DNA of 64,000 nucleotides from Alphaproteobacteria bacterium (GTDB lineage: Bacteria; Pseudomonadota; Alphaproteobacteria; JAAXGF01): NCBI GenBank assembly GCA_963555825.3, contig CAUVXB020000002.1, forward strand, positions 1,952,001 to 2,016,000, in the 5' to 3' direction. The notes beneath the pieces were generated by a model. The model had not been told where the DNA came from, did no database searches, and was given only the letters and a program-made list of their open reading frames with translations. A program made the position numbers and the translations under genes. Position 1 is the first letter of the stretch, and the number at the start of each line of letters is the position of its first letter. Below, piece by piece: positions 9,608 through 22,015 of the stretch.

Positions 9608-10828
9608 CTAATCCACGCGGGTGAAGACTTCCTGCGGCTCGGCGACGCCAGCGAGGACGTGGCGGCCGAGCGAACGCAGCGGGGCCGAGACATGGGCCGC
9701 GAACTCAGCCGACGTGAGCAGCCGACGGTCGAGACTCTTGGTCAGCTTCTCGAGCCGCGCCGTGCGGTTGACGGCGGCGCCGATGACCGTGAAGTCGAGC
9801 CGCGCGGCGGCGCCGACGTTGCCGTAGATCACGGCGCCTTGGTGCAGACCGACGCCGAAGCGGATCGGCGGCTCGCCGGACCGGCGGCGACGGTGGTTGA
9901 CCGTATCCAGGCTGTCGATCAGGTCGATGGCGGCGTCGAGCGCGGCGTCGCATGCGGCGTCGAGCGAAACTTCGGCGGAGGTCGGGAAGATAGTCAGCAC
10001 GGCGTCGCCCATGAACTTCAGGATCTCGCCGCCACGCGCCGTGACCGCGGCGCCGACGACCTCGAAGTAGGCGTTGAGGAGGGCGAGCAGCGCGTCGGGC
10101 GGCAGGGTTTCGGAGAGCACCGTGAAATCGCGCAGGTCGCAGATCGAGATCGCCGCCTCGATGGTGTCGGCATCGCCGCGGCGGATCTGGCCGCTCAGCA
10201 CCCGAGCGCCGGTGCGATGCCCGACATAGGTGTCGAGCAGCGTGCGGGCGACGGTCTCGAGCGCGGTGACCCGCAGGATCGGCGTCACGATGTCGGCCAG
10301 CAGCTCGAGCTTCACCAGATTGTCGTCGCCGAAGCCCGCCGGGTCGTCGACGACGATGCCGATCGCGCCGATCACCCGACTGGCGGAGCGCAGCGGCAGC
10401 GCGCAGTAATCGGTGCCGCCGAGCGCCTTGACCTCGTGCAGCAACGCATGGTCGCGGTCCTCATCGAGGTCGTCGAGTCGGCGGCGGTAGACCGTGCCGG
10501 TCGAGAAGACGTGCTCCCAGGGGCTGCCCAGGTAGGACGGCGTTTCCTCCATGCCGTGGTGGACGCGCCCGGTATTGACGCCGCCGCCGCGCGCCCAGGT
10601 GTAGCTGAAGTCGCGCACCTCGGGGTGCAAGGTCATCAGCGTGATGCGAACGCGCAGCAGCGCGGCACCCGCCCCGGCCAGGTGATCGCAGAACGCGCCG
10701 ACGAAGCGGCCGGTGTCCTCGATCTGGCGGCCCTCGGTGACCAGCCAGGCGAGCACACCGGAAAGCGGCCAGCCCGGTTGCTCCTGTTCGATGAAGCGCC
10801 GCATGGCGGCGAGGCGCGGTGACGTCAT
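9608..10828 (-). CDS. Class III adenylate/guanylate cyclase with N-terminal GAF-like region
   Basis: CDLRDFT, LKFMGDAV, DFTVIGAAVNRTARLE. Confidence 0.88.
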   Translation of the reverse strand: MTSPRLAAMRRFIEQEQPGWPLSGVLAWLVTEGRQIEDTGRFVGAFCDHLAGAGAALLRVRITLMTLHPEVRDFSYTWARGGGVNTGRVHHGMEETPSYLGSPWEHVFSTGTVYRRRLDDLDEDRDHALLHEVKALGGTDYCALPLRSASRVIGAIGIVVDDPAGFGDDNLVKLELLADIVTPILRVTALETVARTLLDTYVGHRTGARVLSGQIRRGDADTIEAAISICDLRDFTVLSETLPPDALLALLNAYFEVVGAAVTARGGEILKFMGDAVLTIFPTSAEVSLDAACDAALDAAIDLIDSLDTVNHRRRRSGEPPIRFGVGLHQGAVIYGNVGAAARLDFTVIGAAVNRTARLEKLTKSLDRRLLTSAEFAAHVSAPLRSLGRHVLAGVAEPQEVFTRVD

Positions 10829-10848
10829 CGAATGACCCCGCCCGGGGA

Positions 10849-11220
10849 TCAGTCCTGCTTTTCGAGGAAGTCCGTGATCGCCGCTTCGAGGATGCTCTGG
10901 TAGGTGCGATCCGCGTTGTCGGCCAGGTCCCGAATCCGCTCGTACTTCGTGCGGCCGAGGCGGACGGTCAGTTTCTTGCGCTTGCGGCGCTTCGGCGGCG
11001 GCGTGGTCTCGGCGACCTCGGGATCATCGCCCGATCCCGCCGACGACAAGTGCTTCGTGACGTCGATCCGATGGCGCGCCTCGGCCGGCCGCGCGTAGTG
11101 TTGCGGCACGGCGGGTACCGGCCGGGGCGACGGCGCGCCGGCAATGCCGTGGCGCGAGATCAGCGCCGAAAGCGGCGACGCCGGCGTGCCCGCGCCGCCC
11201 GCCGGCGGTGGCGCGGGCGG
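10849..11220 (-). pseudogene. 3' part of a gene with Pro-rich region and C-terminal ribbon-helix-helix-like domain; 5' end apparently missing
   Basis: KKLTVRLGRTKYERIRDLADNADRTYQSILEAAITDFL; frame open to 11256 with no ATG/GTG above 11109. Confidence 0.5.
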
Positions 11221-11503
11221 TGCGCCGATCGGGCTCGAGATACTGGGAATAGCCGATCAGGCTGTAGCGCCGCTCGGGCGTGATCGCCGTGTAGACGACG
11301 GTGCCGTAGCCGTCGTCGTCGAGCTCGAAGCGCGTCGGAACGATGCGCCAGCGCTCGCGGTTCATGCGCCGGATCAGCGAGCGCATGAAGCTCAACCGCG
11401 TCGGGAAGCCGGCGCCCATGCGCGCCAGCCGCATCACCGTGTCGGGCGAGCGCAGCGCCACGCCGGGCGTTGCGATTTCCTGCTCTGTGGGACCGGATTG
11501 CAC
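11221..11503 (-). pseudogene. N-terminal fragment of a conserved hypothetical protein usually found next to membrane dipeptidase
   Basis: VMRLARMGAGFPTRLSFMRSLIRR...YSLIGYS..EPDRRT, then sequence becomes non-protein-like; family recognised from memory. Confidence 0.55.
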
Positions 11504-11515
11504 AGAAGTTTCCCG

Positions 11516-12502
11516 TCACGCGGCGGTGAACGACCGCTGGTAGAAGTCGAGCCAGTTGCGGCCCATGATACCCGCCGTCTCGTCATCGGAGAAACCGATC
11601 GCGCGCAGGCCGTCGGCTATCTTGCCGAAGTCGCGGTTGCCCTGAAACCAGGACGGCTGCGGCGGAAAACCAGCCTGCGCCTTGGAACCTTCGCCGTAGT
11701 CGACGTCCTTGCTCCAGCGCCCGACGCGCATCCATTCGACCACGCTGTCGGGCTGATCCTGACAGAGGTCCGAGCCGATGCCGAGGTGCTCGGGCCCGAT
11801 CAGCTCGGCGGTCCTGGCGATCATCGCGCAGAAATCGGCGAGCGCACAGTCGGTGCCGCCCTTGAGGTGGTGCGGATAGGCCGAGAAGCCGAGCATGCCG
11901 CCGCTGGCGCCGAGCGCGCTGAGCACGTCGTCCGACTTGTTGCGCAGCGCCGGGTGCCACGACGCCGGGTTGGCGTGGGTGATGGCGATCGGGCGCTCGG
12001 AAATCTCGATCGCCTCGAGCGTCGAGCGTTCCGCCGAATGCGACATGTCGACGATCAGGCCGACGCGGTTCATTTCGGCGATCACCTGGCGGCCCATGCG
12101 GGTGATGCCGGGGTCCTCGGCCTCGTAGCAGCCGGTCGCGAGCAGCGACTGGTTGTTGTAGCTGAGCTGCATGAAGCGCGCGCCGAGCGCATGGACGATC
12201 TCGACCAGGCCGATGTCGTCCTCGATCGGCGAGCAGTTCTGGAAGCCGAAGACGATCGCGGTGCGGCCCTCGGCGTGGGCGCGGCGTATGTCGTCGGCCG
12301 TCTTGCCGTGGCAGATCAGCTCGGCAAAGCGCTCGAACCAGCGGTTCCACGCCTCGATATTGGCGACCGTCTCGCGGAAGTTCTCGTGATAGCAGATCGT
12401 CGCGTGGACGGCCGAAACGCCGCCGGCCTGCATCTCGCGGAAGATTTTTTCCGACCAGTTGCAATACTGCAGACCGTCGATGACCAGAGGCCGCTCGGCC
12501 AT
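11516..12502 (-). CDS. Membrane dipeptidase (peptidase M19) family protein
   Basis: IDGLQYCNWS, MQLSYNNQS, IVDMSHS, ITHANP, RNKSD, GIGSD. Confidence 0.88.
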   Translation of the reverse strand: MAERPLVIDGLQYCNWSEKIFREMQAGGVSAVHATICYHENFRETVANIEAWNRWFERFAELICHGKTADDIRRAHAEGRTAIVFGFQNCSPIEDDIGLVEIVHALGARFMQLSYNNQSLLATGCYEAEDPGITRMGRQVIAEMNRVGLIVDMSHSAERSTLEAIEISERPIAITHANPASWHPALRNKSDDVLSALGASGGMLGFSAYPHHLKGGTDCALADFCAMIARTAELIGPEHLGIGSDLCQDQPDSVVEWMRVGRWSKDVDYGEGSKAQAGFPPQPSWFQGNRDFGKIADGLRAIGFSDDETAGIMGRNWLDFYQRSFTAA

Positions 12503-12617
12503 GGCGTTCACTCCCCAACGTCGCCGGGCGGGCCGCCGCCGTCCGGTTCGGCCTAGTCTACAGGCTGTCCCGCGCGGTGCGCGCAGAATCGATATTCCGA
12601 GAAAATTCATATTTCAT

Positions 12618-12654
12618 TTGTTATATTAACAATTTATTTAGGTGTCAGACACCT
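12618..12654. promoter_or_regulatory. AT-rich palindromes upstream of dipeptidase (TTGTTA-TAT-TAACAA; AGGTGTC-A-GACACCT)
   Basis: Two perfect IRs in an AT-rich island; second resembles the arm of the 45011 element. Confidence 0.4.
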
Positions 12655-12678
12655 TAAAGAACTTCGATACGCCGGTGT

Positions 12679-13785
12679 TTAGTCGAGCGCGGCGAGGACG
12701 CGCGCCATGAAGCCTTCGGCCGCCGCGTCGTCGAGCCAGCGCATGACCACGGTGAGGCCGAGCGCGGGGTCGACCCAGATCAGGTTGCCGCCGGCGCCGA
12801 CCGCGAAGACGCTCGCCTCGGGCGCACTCGGGTACAGGGTTCCGCCGGTGTTGAGCCACCAGAGGAAGCCGTAATCGGGCGCAATCGGGCAGGGCGCCAG
12901 CATCTCGTCGAGATAGGCCTCGGGCAGGATCCGCCGGCCGTCCCACAGGCCGCGGCGGCGCACCAGCTCGCCGAGCAGCGCCTGGTCATGGGCCGCGATG
13001 CGCAAGCCACCGCCCCAGTGGGTGCCGCCCGGCACCGAAGGCAGCCGTTCGCCATCGATCTCGAACCAGGCGTTGCGATAGGCGTGCCACGCCCAGTCGT
13101 CCGAGCCGCCGAGCGGCACCATGATCTCGTCACGCAGCACCGCGTCGAGCGGCCGGCGGAAGACCTGCGTGAGCGACAGGCTCAAGCGGTTGACGCGGAC
13201 GTCGTTGTATTCCCAGTAGGTTCCTGGCGCCTGCAGATCGCGCGGCTGGCCCTTGCGCGTGTTGTCGGCTTCGCCGCCGACCTCGCGGTTGCGGTCGACC
13301 AGGTCGGGCTTGTCCCACAGCGTGCCCTGCCATTCGCTGGTCTGCTGCAGCAGGTGGCGCCAGGTGATGGCGCGGTTCTGCGGCGCCTCGAAACCGTCGT
13401 CGAGCGCGGTCTCGCGCAGCGGCGCGTCGACGCTCGCGATCAGGCCGTCGCGCAGCGCGACGCCGGCGAGCACCGCGAGGACGCCGGCGAGCACCGCGAG
13501 GTAGCTCTTGGCGACCGAGAATGTCAGGTCGGCGCGGCGCGGATCGCCCCATTCGGCGGCCAGTCGTCCGTCGCGCAGAACGACGCCGGCCGGCCCGCCG
13601 CGCGGAAAGACGGGGCCCAACACCTCGTTCCACGGCGGCGGCTCGAACTCGCCCCGGCCGAGCTGCTCGGATAGATCGCGCGACCAGGGCATCTCGTTGG
13701 CCTCGGCAAAAGCGACCGCCTGGGCGAGGGCGGCGGGATCGAAACCGGACTCCGCGGGCGCGTCGTAACTGTCAGAACGGTGCAT
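12679..13785 (-). CDS. Serine hydrolase, beta-lactamase class C/NylB-like
   Basis: FSVAKS (SxxK), TWRHLLQQTS, PGTYWEYND, YGFLWW. Confidence 0.85.
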   Translation of the reverse strand: MHRSDSYDAPAESGFDPAALAQAVAFAEANEMPWSRDLSEQLGRGEFEPPPWNEVLGPVFPRGGPAGVVLRDGRLAAEWGDPRRADLTFSVAKSYLAVLAGVLAVLAGVALRDGLIASVDAPLRETALDDGFEAPQNRAITWRHLLQQTSEWQGTLWDKPDLVDRNREVGGEADNTRKGQPRDLQAPGTYWEYNDVRVNRLSLSLTQVFRRPLDAVLRDEIMVPLGGSDDWAWHAYRNAWFEIDGERLPSVPGGTHWGGGLRIAAHDQALLGELVRRRGLWDGRRILPEAYLDEMLAPCPIAPDYGFLWWLNTGGTLYPSAPEASVFAVGAGGNLIWVDPALGLTVVMRWLDDAAAEGFMARVLAALD

Positions 13786-13897
13786 TCTTTTTTCCGTCAC
13801 AACCCGCGACTGCGGGCCGCCGACCGTTCGGCCAGTCTTGATCCCATAAGATTGGCATGCGCGGCGATTGAGCGCAGCAAAGCGTTAGCTTTGCGAA

Positions 13898-14884
13898 CTA
13901 CGTATAGATATCGACGACACGGTCGGGCGGCACGTGGCCGTCGACGAAGGTCTTGATGTTGATGACGACCTTCTCGCCCATGTCGATGCGGCCCTCGATG
14001 GTCGCCGAGCTCATATGCGGCAGCAGCACGACGCTGTCGAGCTCGAGCAGCTTGGGGTTGACCGCCGGCTCGTGCTCGAAGACATCGAGCCCGGCGCCGG
14101 CGATCTCGCCGGCGCGCAGCATGCGGGTCAGCGTGTTCTCGTCGATCACCTCGCCGCGCGAGGTGTTGACGACATAGGCGTGCGGCTGCAGCAGCTTGAG
14201 CCGGCGCGCCGACAGCAGGTGATAGGTCGCCGGCGTATGCGGGCAGTTGACCGAGATGATGTCCATGCGCGCGAGCATCTGGTCGAGGCTCTCCCAGTAG
14301 GTCGCCTCGAGTTCGTTCGCGGTCTCCTCGGTAACCGGGTGGCGGTTGTGGTAGTGGATCGACAGCCCGAAGCCACGCGCGCGCCGCGCCACCGCGGTGC
14401 CGATGCGGCCCATGCCGATGATGCCGAGACGCTTGCCCCAGATGCGCTTGCCGAGCATCGTCGTCGGTCCCCAGCCGGTCCACTCGCCCCCGCGCATCAG
14501 GCGCTCGCCCTCGGCGAGGCGGCGCGGTACGGCGAGGATCAGCGCCATGGTCATGTCGGCGGTGTCCTCGGTCAGCACGCCGGGCGTCGAGGTCACCGTG
14601 ATGCCGCGCTCGCGCGCCGACGCCAAATCGATGTTGTCGACGCCGGTGCCGAAGTTGGCGATCAGGCGCAACTCGGGATGGGCGTTGGCGAGCACCGAGG
14701 CGTTGATCCGGTCGGTCACCGTCGGCACCAGCACCTCGGCGGTCTTGACGGCGTCGATCAGGTCGGCCTGCGACATCGGCCGATCGTCCTCGTTAAGGCG
14801 CGTGTCGAACAGCTCCATCATCCGGGTCTCGATGACCTCGGGCAGCTTGCGCGTGACGATGACGAGGGGCTTCTTGGTGGCCAT
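13898..14884 (-). CDS. D-glycerate/glyoxylate reductase (D-2-hydroxyacid dehydrogenase)
   Basis: GIIGMGRIG, VNTSRGEVIDE, GLDVFEHEP, LLPHMSS. Confidence 0.92.
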   Translation of the reverse strand: MATKKPLVIVTRKLPEVIETRMMELFDTRLNEDDRPMSQADLIDAVKTAEVLVPTVTDRINASVLANAHPELRLIANFGTGVDNIDLASARERGITVTSTPGVLTEDTADMTMALILAVPRRLAEGERLMRGGEWTGWGPTTMLGKRIWGKRLGIIGMGRIGTAVARRARGFGLSIHYHNRHPVTEETANELEATYWESLDQMLARMDIISVNCPHTPATYHLLSARRLKLLQPHAYVVNTSRGEVIDENTLTRMLRAGEIAGAGLDVFEHEPAVNPKLLELDSVVLLPHMSSATIEGRIDMGEKVVINIKTFVDGHVPPDRVVDIYT

Positions 14885-15078
14885 GCGTGTCTCCAACGGG
14901 ATGGCGCGGCGAGGCACGATCGCGCGCCGACCGCCAAGCATTAGCAAATGCGCGGGGTCGTTACAATGAAGCCGCGCAAGGGTGGCGCGAAACGCGCATT
15001 GGCCGCTGCGCCCGCGGCGCGCTTGCGATATACTCGGACGCGCCGTTTGTCTGTATTTTTCCGAGACCCGCGCCCGCC

Positions 15079-15552
15079 TTGTCCCGTCTCGCCGCGCTGA
15101 TCCTGGTTACCGTTTTCGCCGCCGCCGCGGCGGCGCAGGACGTCGCGCCGGTGCCGCGCTTCGCGTCGCTGCGCTCGGACGAGGTCAACCTGCGCGCCGG
15201 CCCCGGCAAGCAATACCCGGTCGACTGGGTGTTCACGCGCCGCGCGCTGCCGGTCGAGATCACCGCCGATTACGGTCAATGGCGCAAGATCCGCGATGTC
15301 GACGGCAGCGAGGGCTGGGCCCACCAGAGCCTCTTGTCAGCGCGCCGCTGGGTGATGGTCACCGGCGAGATTAGAACGCTCAAGCGCGCGCCCGAGCCCG
15401 GCGCGGCGCCGGTCGCGCGCGCCGAGCCCGGCGTCATCGCCCGGCTGCTCGCCTGTCGCGGCGCTTGGTGCCGCGTCGAGATCGAGCGCTACACGGGCTG
15501 GCTCGAGCGCGGCCATATCTGGGGCGTCTACGCGGACGAGGTGATCGAGTAG
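15079..15552 (+). CDS. Exported bacterial SH3 (SH3_4) domain protein
   Basis: Signal peptide; PVPRFASLRSDEVNLRAGPG, WRKIRDVDGSEGW; start uncertain (TTG). Confidence 0.85.
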   Translation: MSRLAALILVTVFAAAAAAQDVAPVPRFASLRSDEVNLRAGPGKQYPVDWVFTRRALPVEITADYGQWRKIRDVDGSEGWAHQSLLSARRWVMVTGEIRTLKRAPEPGAAPVARAEPGVIARLLACRGAWCRVEIERYTGWLERGHIWGVYADEVIE

Positions 15553-15731
15553 ACGGCCTGGGAGACGGCGTCCGTCGTATCTTCTGAAAATGGTGCCGGC
15601 GTCGAAAAAATTCGCATCGTGCCGCGTCGGCGCCCCGAGGCCGCCCTCTCTCTCATGATCGTCCCGGCGCGGCGCGGCGAGGACGGCGGAACCGCGCCCG
15701 GCCCATTGTTCCCGCCCGATCGAACGACCGC

Positions 15732-16151
15732 TTAGTCGAGCGTGTCGAGCGCCTTCTGGAAGCGCCCGGCGTGCGACTTCTCCGCCTTCGCCAGGGCCTC
15801 GAACCAGTCGGCGATCTCGTCGAACCCCTCGTCGCGTGCGGTGCGCGCCATGCCAGGGTACATGTCGGTGCAATCATACGTCTCACTGGCGATCGCCGCC
15901 TTAAGGTTGTCGGCGGTAGTGCCTATCGCCTTGCCGGTCACCGGGTCACCGACCTCGGCGAGGAAGTCGAGATGGCCGTGCGCATGCCCGGTCTCGCCCA
16001 CGACGGTCGACCGGAACACGGCGGAGACGTCGTTGTAGCCTTCGACGTCGGCCTTTTGCGCGAAGTAGAGGTAGCGCAGGTGCGCTTCGGCGGACTTGGC
16101 GAATGCCTCCTTCAGGTTCTTTCCTGTCTTCGTGCCAACTAACGACGGCAT
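15732..16151 (-). CDS. Short-chain rubrerythrin (no rubredoxin domain)
   Basis: [48 protein letters not shown]. Confidence 0.88.
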   Translation of the reverse strand: MPSLVGTKTGKNLKEAFAKSAEAHLRYLYFAQKADVEGYNDVSAVFRSTVVGETGHAHGHLDFLAEVGDPVTGKAIGTTADNLKAAIASETYDCTDMYPGMARTARDEGFDEIADWFEALAKAEKSHAGRFQKALDTLD

Positions 16152-16287
16152 GATGCCCTCCTTGTCAGCCTGCGATGGCGGAGCTAGCCCTTTTGGGTCC
16201 ATCGCCGTCGCAAAGACGACAATTCTGATTGCCCGATGCCCAGTCGCGGCTGCGCTCTAAAAGCCCTCGAAGACCTTTCCGCTGAGA

Positions 16288-18926
<2,639 letters not shown>

Positions 18927-19039
18927 GACTGGAATATGGTCGCTCCCGAGGAAAAATTAAAGAGGAATTTCCGCTCCCTACGCCCGATATTGGATCGATT
19001 TCAAGGCGCCGGGCGGGATCGCGGCCCGGCCGTCGACGA

Positions 19040-20257
19040 TCAGTCCTCGTAGCGCTTGAACACCAGAGAGGCATTGGTGCCGCCGAAACCGAAGCTGTTC
19101 GACATCACCTGGTCGAGGCGAACACCGTCGCGGCGCTCGGTCACGATCGGCACGCCTTCCGCCTCGGGATCGAGAGTCTCGATATTGGCCGAGGCGCTGA
19201 TGAAACCGTGCTTCATCATCAACAGCGAATAGATCGCCTCATGCACCCCGGTGGCGCCCTGGCTATGGCCGGTCAGCGACTTGGTCGAGCTAATCGGCGG
19301 GGTGTCGTCGCCGAAGACACCCTTGATCGCTTCCAGCTCGCGGGTGTCGCCCACTGGCGTCGAGGTGCCGTGGGCGTTGATATAGTCGATCTGTCCGTCG
19401 GTCGTGGCCATGGCCATGCGCATGCAGCGCACGGCGCCTTCGCCCGAAGGCTGCACCATGTCGAAGCCATCCGAGGTGGCGCCGTAGCCGGCTAGTTCAG
19501 CGTAGATTTTCGCGCCACGCGCAAGCGCGTGTTCGAGCTCCTCGAGCACCAGCACGCCGCCGCCGCCGGCGATGACGAAGCCGTCGCGGTTGGCGTCATA
19601 GGGCCGCGAGGCACGCTCCGGCGTGTCGTTGTAGTTCGACGAAAGGGCCGGCATGGCGTCGAAAAGCAGGGTCAGGGTCCAGTGCAGCTCCTCGCCGCCG
19701 CCGGCGAACATGACGTCCTGCTTGCCCCATTGAATGAGTTCGCCGGCGTTGCCGATGCAATGGGCGCTGGTCGAACAGGCCGAGCTGATGGAATAGCTCG
19801 ACCCCTTGATCTTGAACGGCGTCGCCAGGGTCGCCGAGTTGGTGCTCGACATCACCTTGGGCACCATGAACGGCCCGACCCGCTTGGCGTTCTTTTCGCG
19901 CAAGGTGTCGGTCGACAACAACAGGTTCTTGGTCGAGGTGCCGCCCGAGCCCATGACCATGCCGGTGCGCTCGTTGGAAACCTGATCGTCGGTCAGGCCT
20001 GCGTCCTCGATGGCCTGTTTCATGGCGAGGTAGTTATAGGCCGCGCCGTCACCCATGAAACGCCGGAGCTTGCGGTCGATGGCGTCATCGAGATCGACTT
20101 TGAGCGAGCCGTGGACCTGGCTGCGGAAGCCGTGATCCTTGTATTCCTGGCAGAATTCGATGCCCGAGCGCCCCTCGCGCAGCGACGCGGCCACTTCGTC
20201 GAGGTCGTTTCCGATCGGGCTGATCACGCCCATTCCCGTTATGACGACCCGTCTCAC
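19040..20257 (-). CDS. fabB: 3-oxoacyl-ACP synthase I
   Basis: GTG start overlapping upstream TGA; [51 protein letters not shown]. Confidence 0.95.
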   Translation of the reverse strand: MRRVVITGMGVISPIGNDLDEVAASLREGRSGIEFCQEYKDHGFRSQVHGSLKVDLDDAIDRKLRRFMGDGAAYNYLAMKQAIEDAGLTDDQVSNERTGMVMGSGGTSTKNLLLSTDTLREKNAKRVGPFMVPKVMSSTNSATLATPFKIKGSSYSISSACSTSAHCIGNAGELIQWGKQDVMFAGGGEELHWTLTLLFDAMPALSSNYNDTPERASRPYDANRDGFVIAGGGGVLVLEELEHALARGAKIYAELAGYGATSDGFDMVQPSGEGAVRCMRMAMATTDGQIDYINAHGTSTPVGDTRELEAIKGVFGDDTPPISSTKSLTGHSQGATGVHEAIYSLLMMKHGFISASANIETLDPEAEGVPIVTERRDGVRLDQVMSNSFGFGGTNASLVFKRYED

Positions 20258-21933
20258 GTCGTTTCTCCCTTCGCATCGTCGGCTGCGGCAAACAGCCCGA
20301 CCCTGAGGTCGCGGGCTTCGTAAATCGGCCGGCCGTCGACTTCCATCATAGCGTCGGCAATACCAAGAACCAATTTTCGCTGTATGACGCGTTTCAGATC
20401 GACATGGTAGCGGATCGTGGTCGCCGTCGGCAGTACCTGTCCGGTCAGCTTGACCTCGCCGACGCCGAGCGCGCGACCGCGGCCCGGGCTGCCGCGCCAG
20501 CCGAGATAGAATCCGAGCAGCTGCCACAGCGCGTCGAGACCGAGGCAACCCGGCATCACCGGGTCGCTCTCGAAGTGGCATTCGAAGAACCACAGGTCGG
20601 GCCGCACGTCGAGTTCGGCGACGATGTCGCCCTTGCCGTGGCTGCCGCCGTCCTCGGTGATCCTGGCGATGCGGTCGAACATCAGCATCGGCGGCAAGGG
20701 CAGGCGCGCGTTGCCGGGGCCGAACAGATCGCCATGCGCGCATTCGAGCAGCTCGTCATACGTGTAGCTGCCCTTCTTCTTTGCCACGTTGATGGTCGCC
20801 GGCGTCACCGGCTCGGTGACCACCTCGTTGATCCGCTCGATCATCGCCTCGCCGCTCTCACGCGCCTGAGCGACGGTCCGCTCGAGCGCCTTTGCGATGC
20901 GTTCGATCGCGTGTTCGCCGCTCTCGCGCGCCTGCTGCATGGCGCCGTCGAGCGCCGTGGCGATGCGCGGCAGATCGGCCTCGATCACGGTGCGCAGCGC
21001 CGCCACGCCGGTCTCCTTGGTTGGCGATCCGTCGGCCGGCGGGTCGGCCTCGACCGCAGGCGCGGCTTCGGCCGGCGGCGCGGCCTCGACCGGCGATGCG
21101 GTCGCGTCATCAAACTGCGTCGGCTTGCCGTCGATCGCCTTCATGCCGACGATGTTGTAGCCGCAATCGACGTGGTGGGTCTCTCCGGTCACCGCCCCCG
21201 AAAGGCCGCTCAACAGATAGACCGCCGAGTTGCCGACCTCGTCGAGTTCGACGCTGCGCCGGAGCGGCGCATTGTCCTGGCTCCATTTGTAGATGTAGCG
21301 CGCGCTCGAGATGCCCGATCCGGCCAGTGTGCGCATCGGGCCCGCCGACAGCGCGTTGACCCGGATGCCGTCGCGCCCGAGGTCGGCGGCGAGATAGCGC
21401 ACACTGGCCTCGAGCGCCGCCTTGGCGACGCCCATCACGTTGTATTGGGGCATGACGCGCTCGGCGCCGGCGTAGGTCAGGGTAAGCACGCTGCCGCCGT
21501 GGTTGATCATCGGCGCGGCGCGCTTGACGACGGCGGTGAACGAGAAGCAGGAGATGTCCATCGTCTGCTTGAAGTTTTCGGGCGTCGTGTTGAGGTATTG
21601 GCCCTTGAGCTCTTCCTTGTCTGAATAGGCGATGGCGTGAACGACGAAATCGAAGCTGCCCCAGGCCTCGCCCAAAGCGGCGAAGACGTCGTCGACGCTC
21701 TGCTTGTCGGCGACGTCGCAGGGCAGCACGATGGTCGAGCCGACCTGCTCGGCGAGCGGCGCGACGCGCTTCAGGAAGGTCTCGTTCTGATAGGTGAAGG
21801 CGAGTTCGGCGCCTTCGCGGCCGAGGCACCGGGCGATGCCCCAGGCGATCGAACGATCGTTCGCGACGCCCATGATCAGGCCCCGCTTGCCGGCCATCAA
21901 CCCTGTCGCACCGCTCACTGCCTGGTCGCTCAT
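20254..21933 (-). CDS. fabI-fabA: Fusion protein: enoyl-ACP reductase FabI + ~110-aa linker + 3-hydroxydecanoyl-ACP dehydratase/isomerase FabA
   Basis: One uninterrupted frame; Fab[33 protein letters not shown]; Fab[41 protein letters not shown]. Confidence 0.92.
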   Translation of the reverse strand: MSDQAVSGATGLMAGKRGLIMGVANDRSIAWGIARCLGREGAELAFTYQNETFLKRVAPLAEQVGSTIVLPCDVADKQSVDDVFAALGEAWGSFDFVVHAIAYSDKEELKGQYLNTTPENFKQTMDISCFSFTAVVKRAAPMINHGGSVLTLTYAGAERVMPQYNVMGVAKAALEASVRYLAADLGRDGIRVNALSAGPMRTLAGSGISSARYIYKWSQDNAPLRRSVELDEVGNSAVYLLSGLSGAVTGETHHVDCGYNIVGMKAIDGKPTQFDDATASPVEAAPPAEAAPAVEADPPADGSPTKETGVAALRTVIEADLPRIATALDGAMQQARESGEHAIERIAKALERTVAQARESGEAMIERINEVVTEPVTPATINVAKKKGSYTYDELLECAHGDLFGPGNARLPLPPMLMFDRIARITEDGGSHGKGDIVAELDVRPDLWFFECHFESDPVMPGCLGLDALWQLLGFYLGWRGSPGRGRALGVGEVKLTGQVLPTATTIRYHVDLKRVIQRKLVLGIADAMMEVDGRPIYEARDLRVGLFAAADDAKGETT

Positions 21934-22015
21934 CGAATAATTGCCCGGTTTCCCCATGCGGCCGTTGCGCCGTCGAGGCTATAACGTTCGGCCGGCGAAA
22001 GGAAGCGCCGGCAGA

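Noticed and set aside
8980-9693. ORFs across the 9.0-9.6 kb intergenic region
   Set aside because: Arg/Ala/Pro-rich translations with no domain; the region is explained by nested inverted repeats
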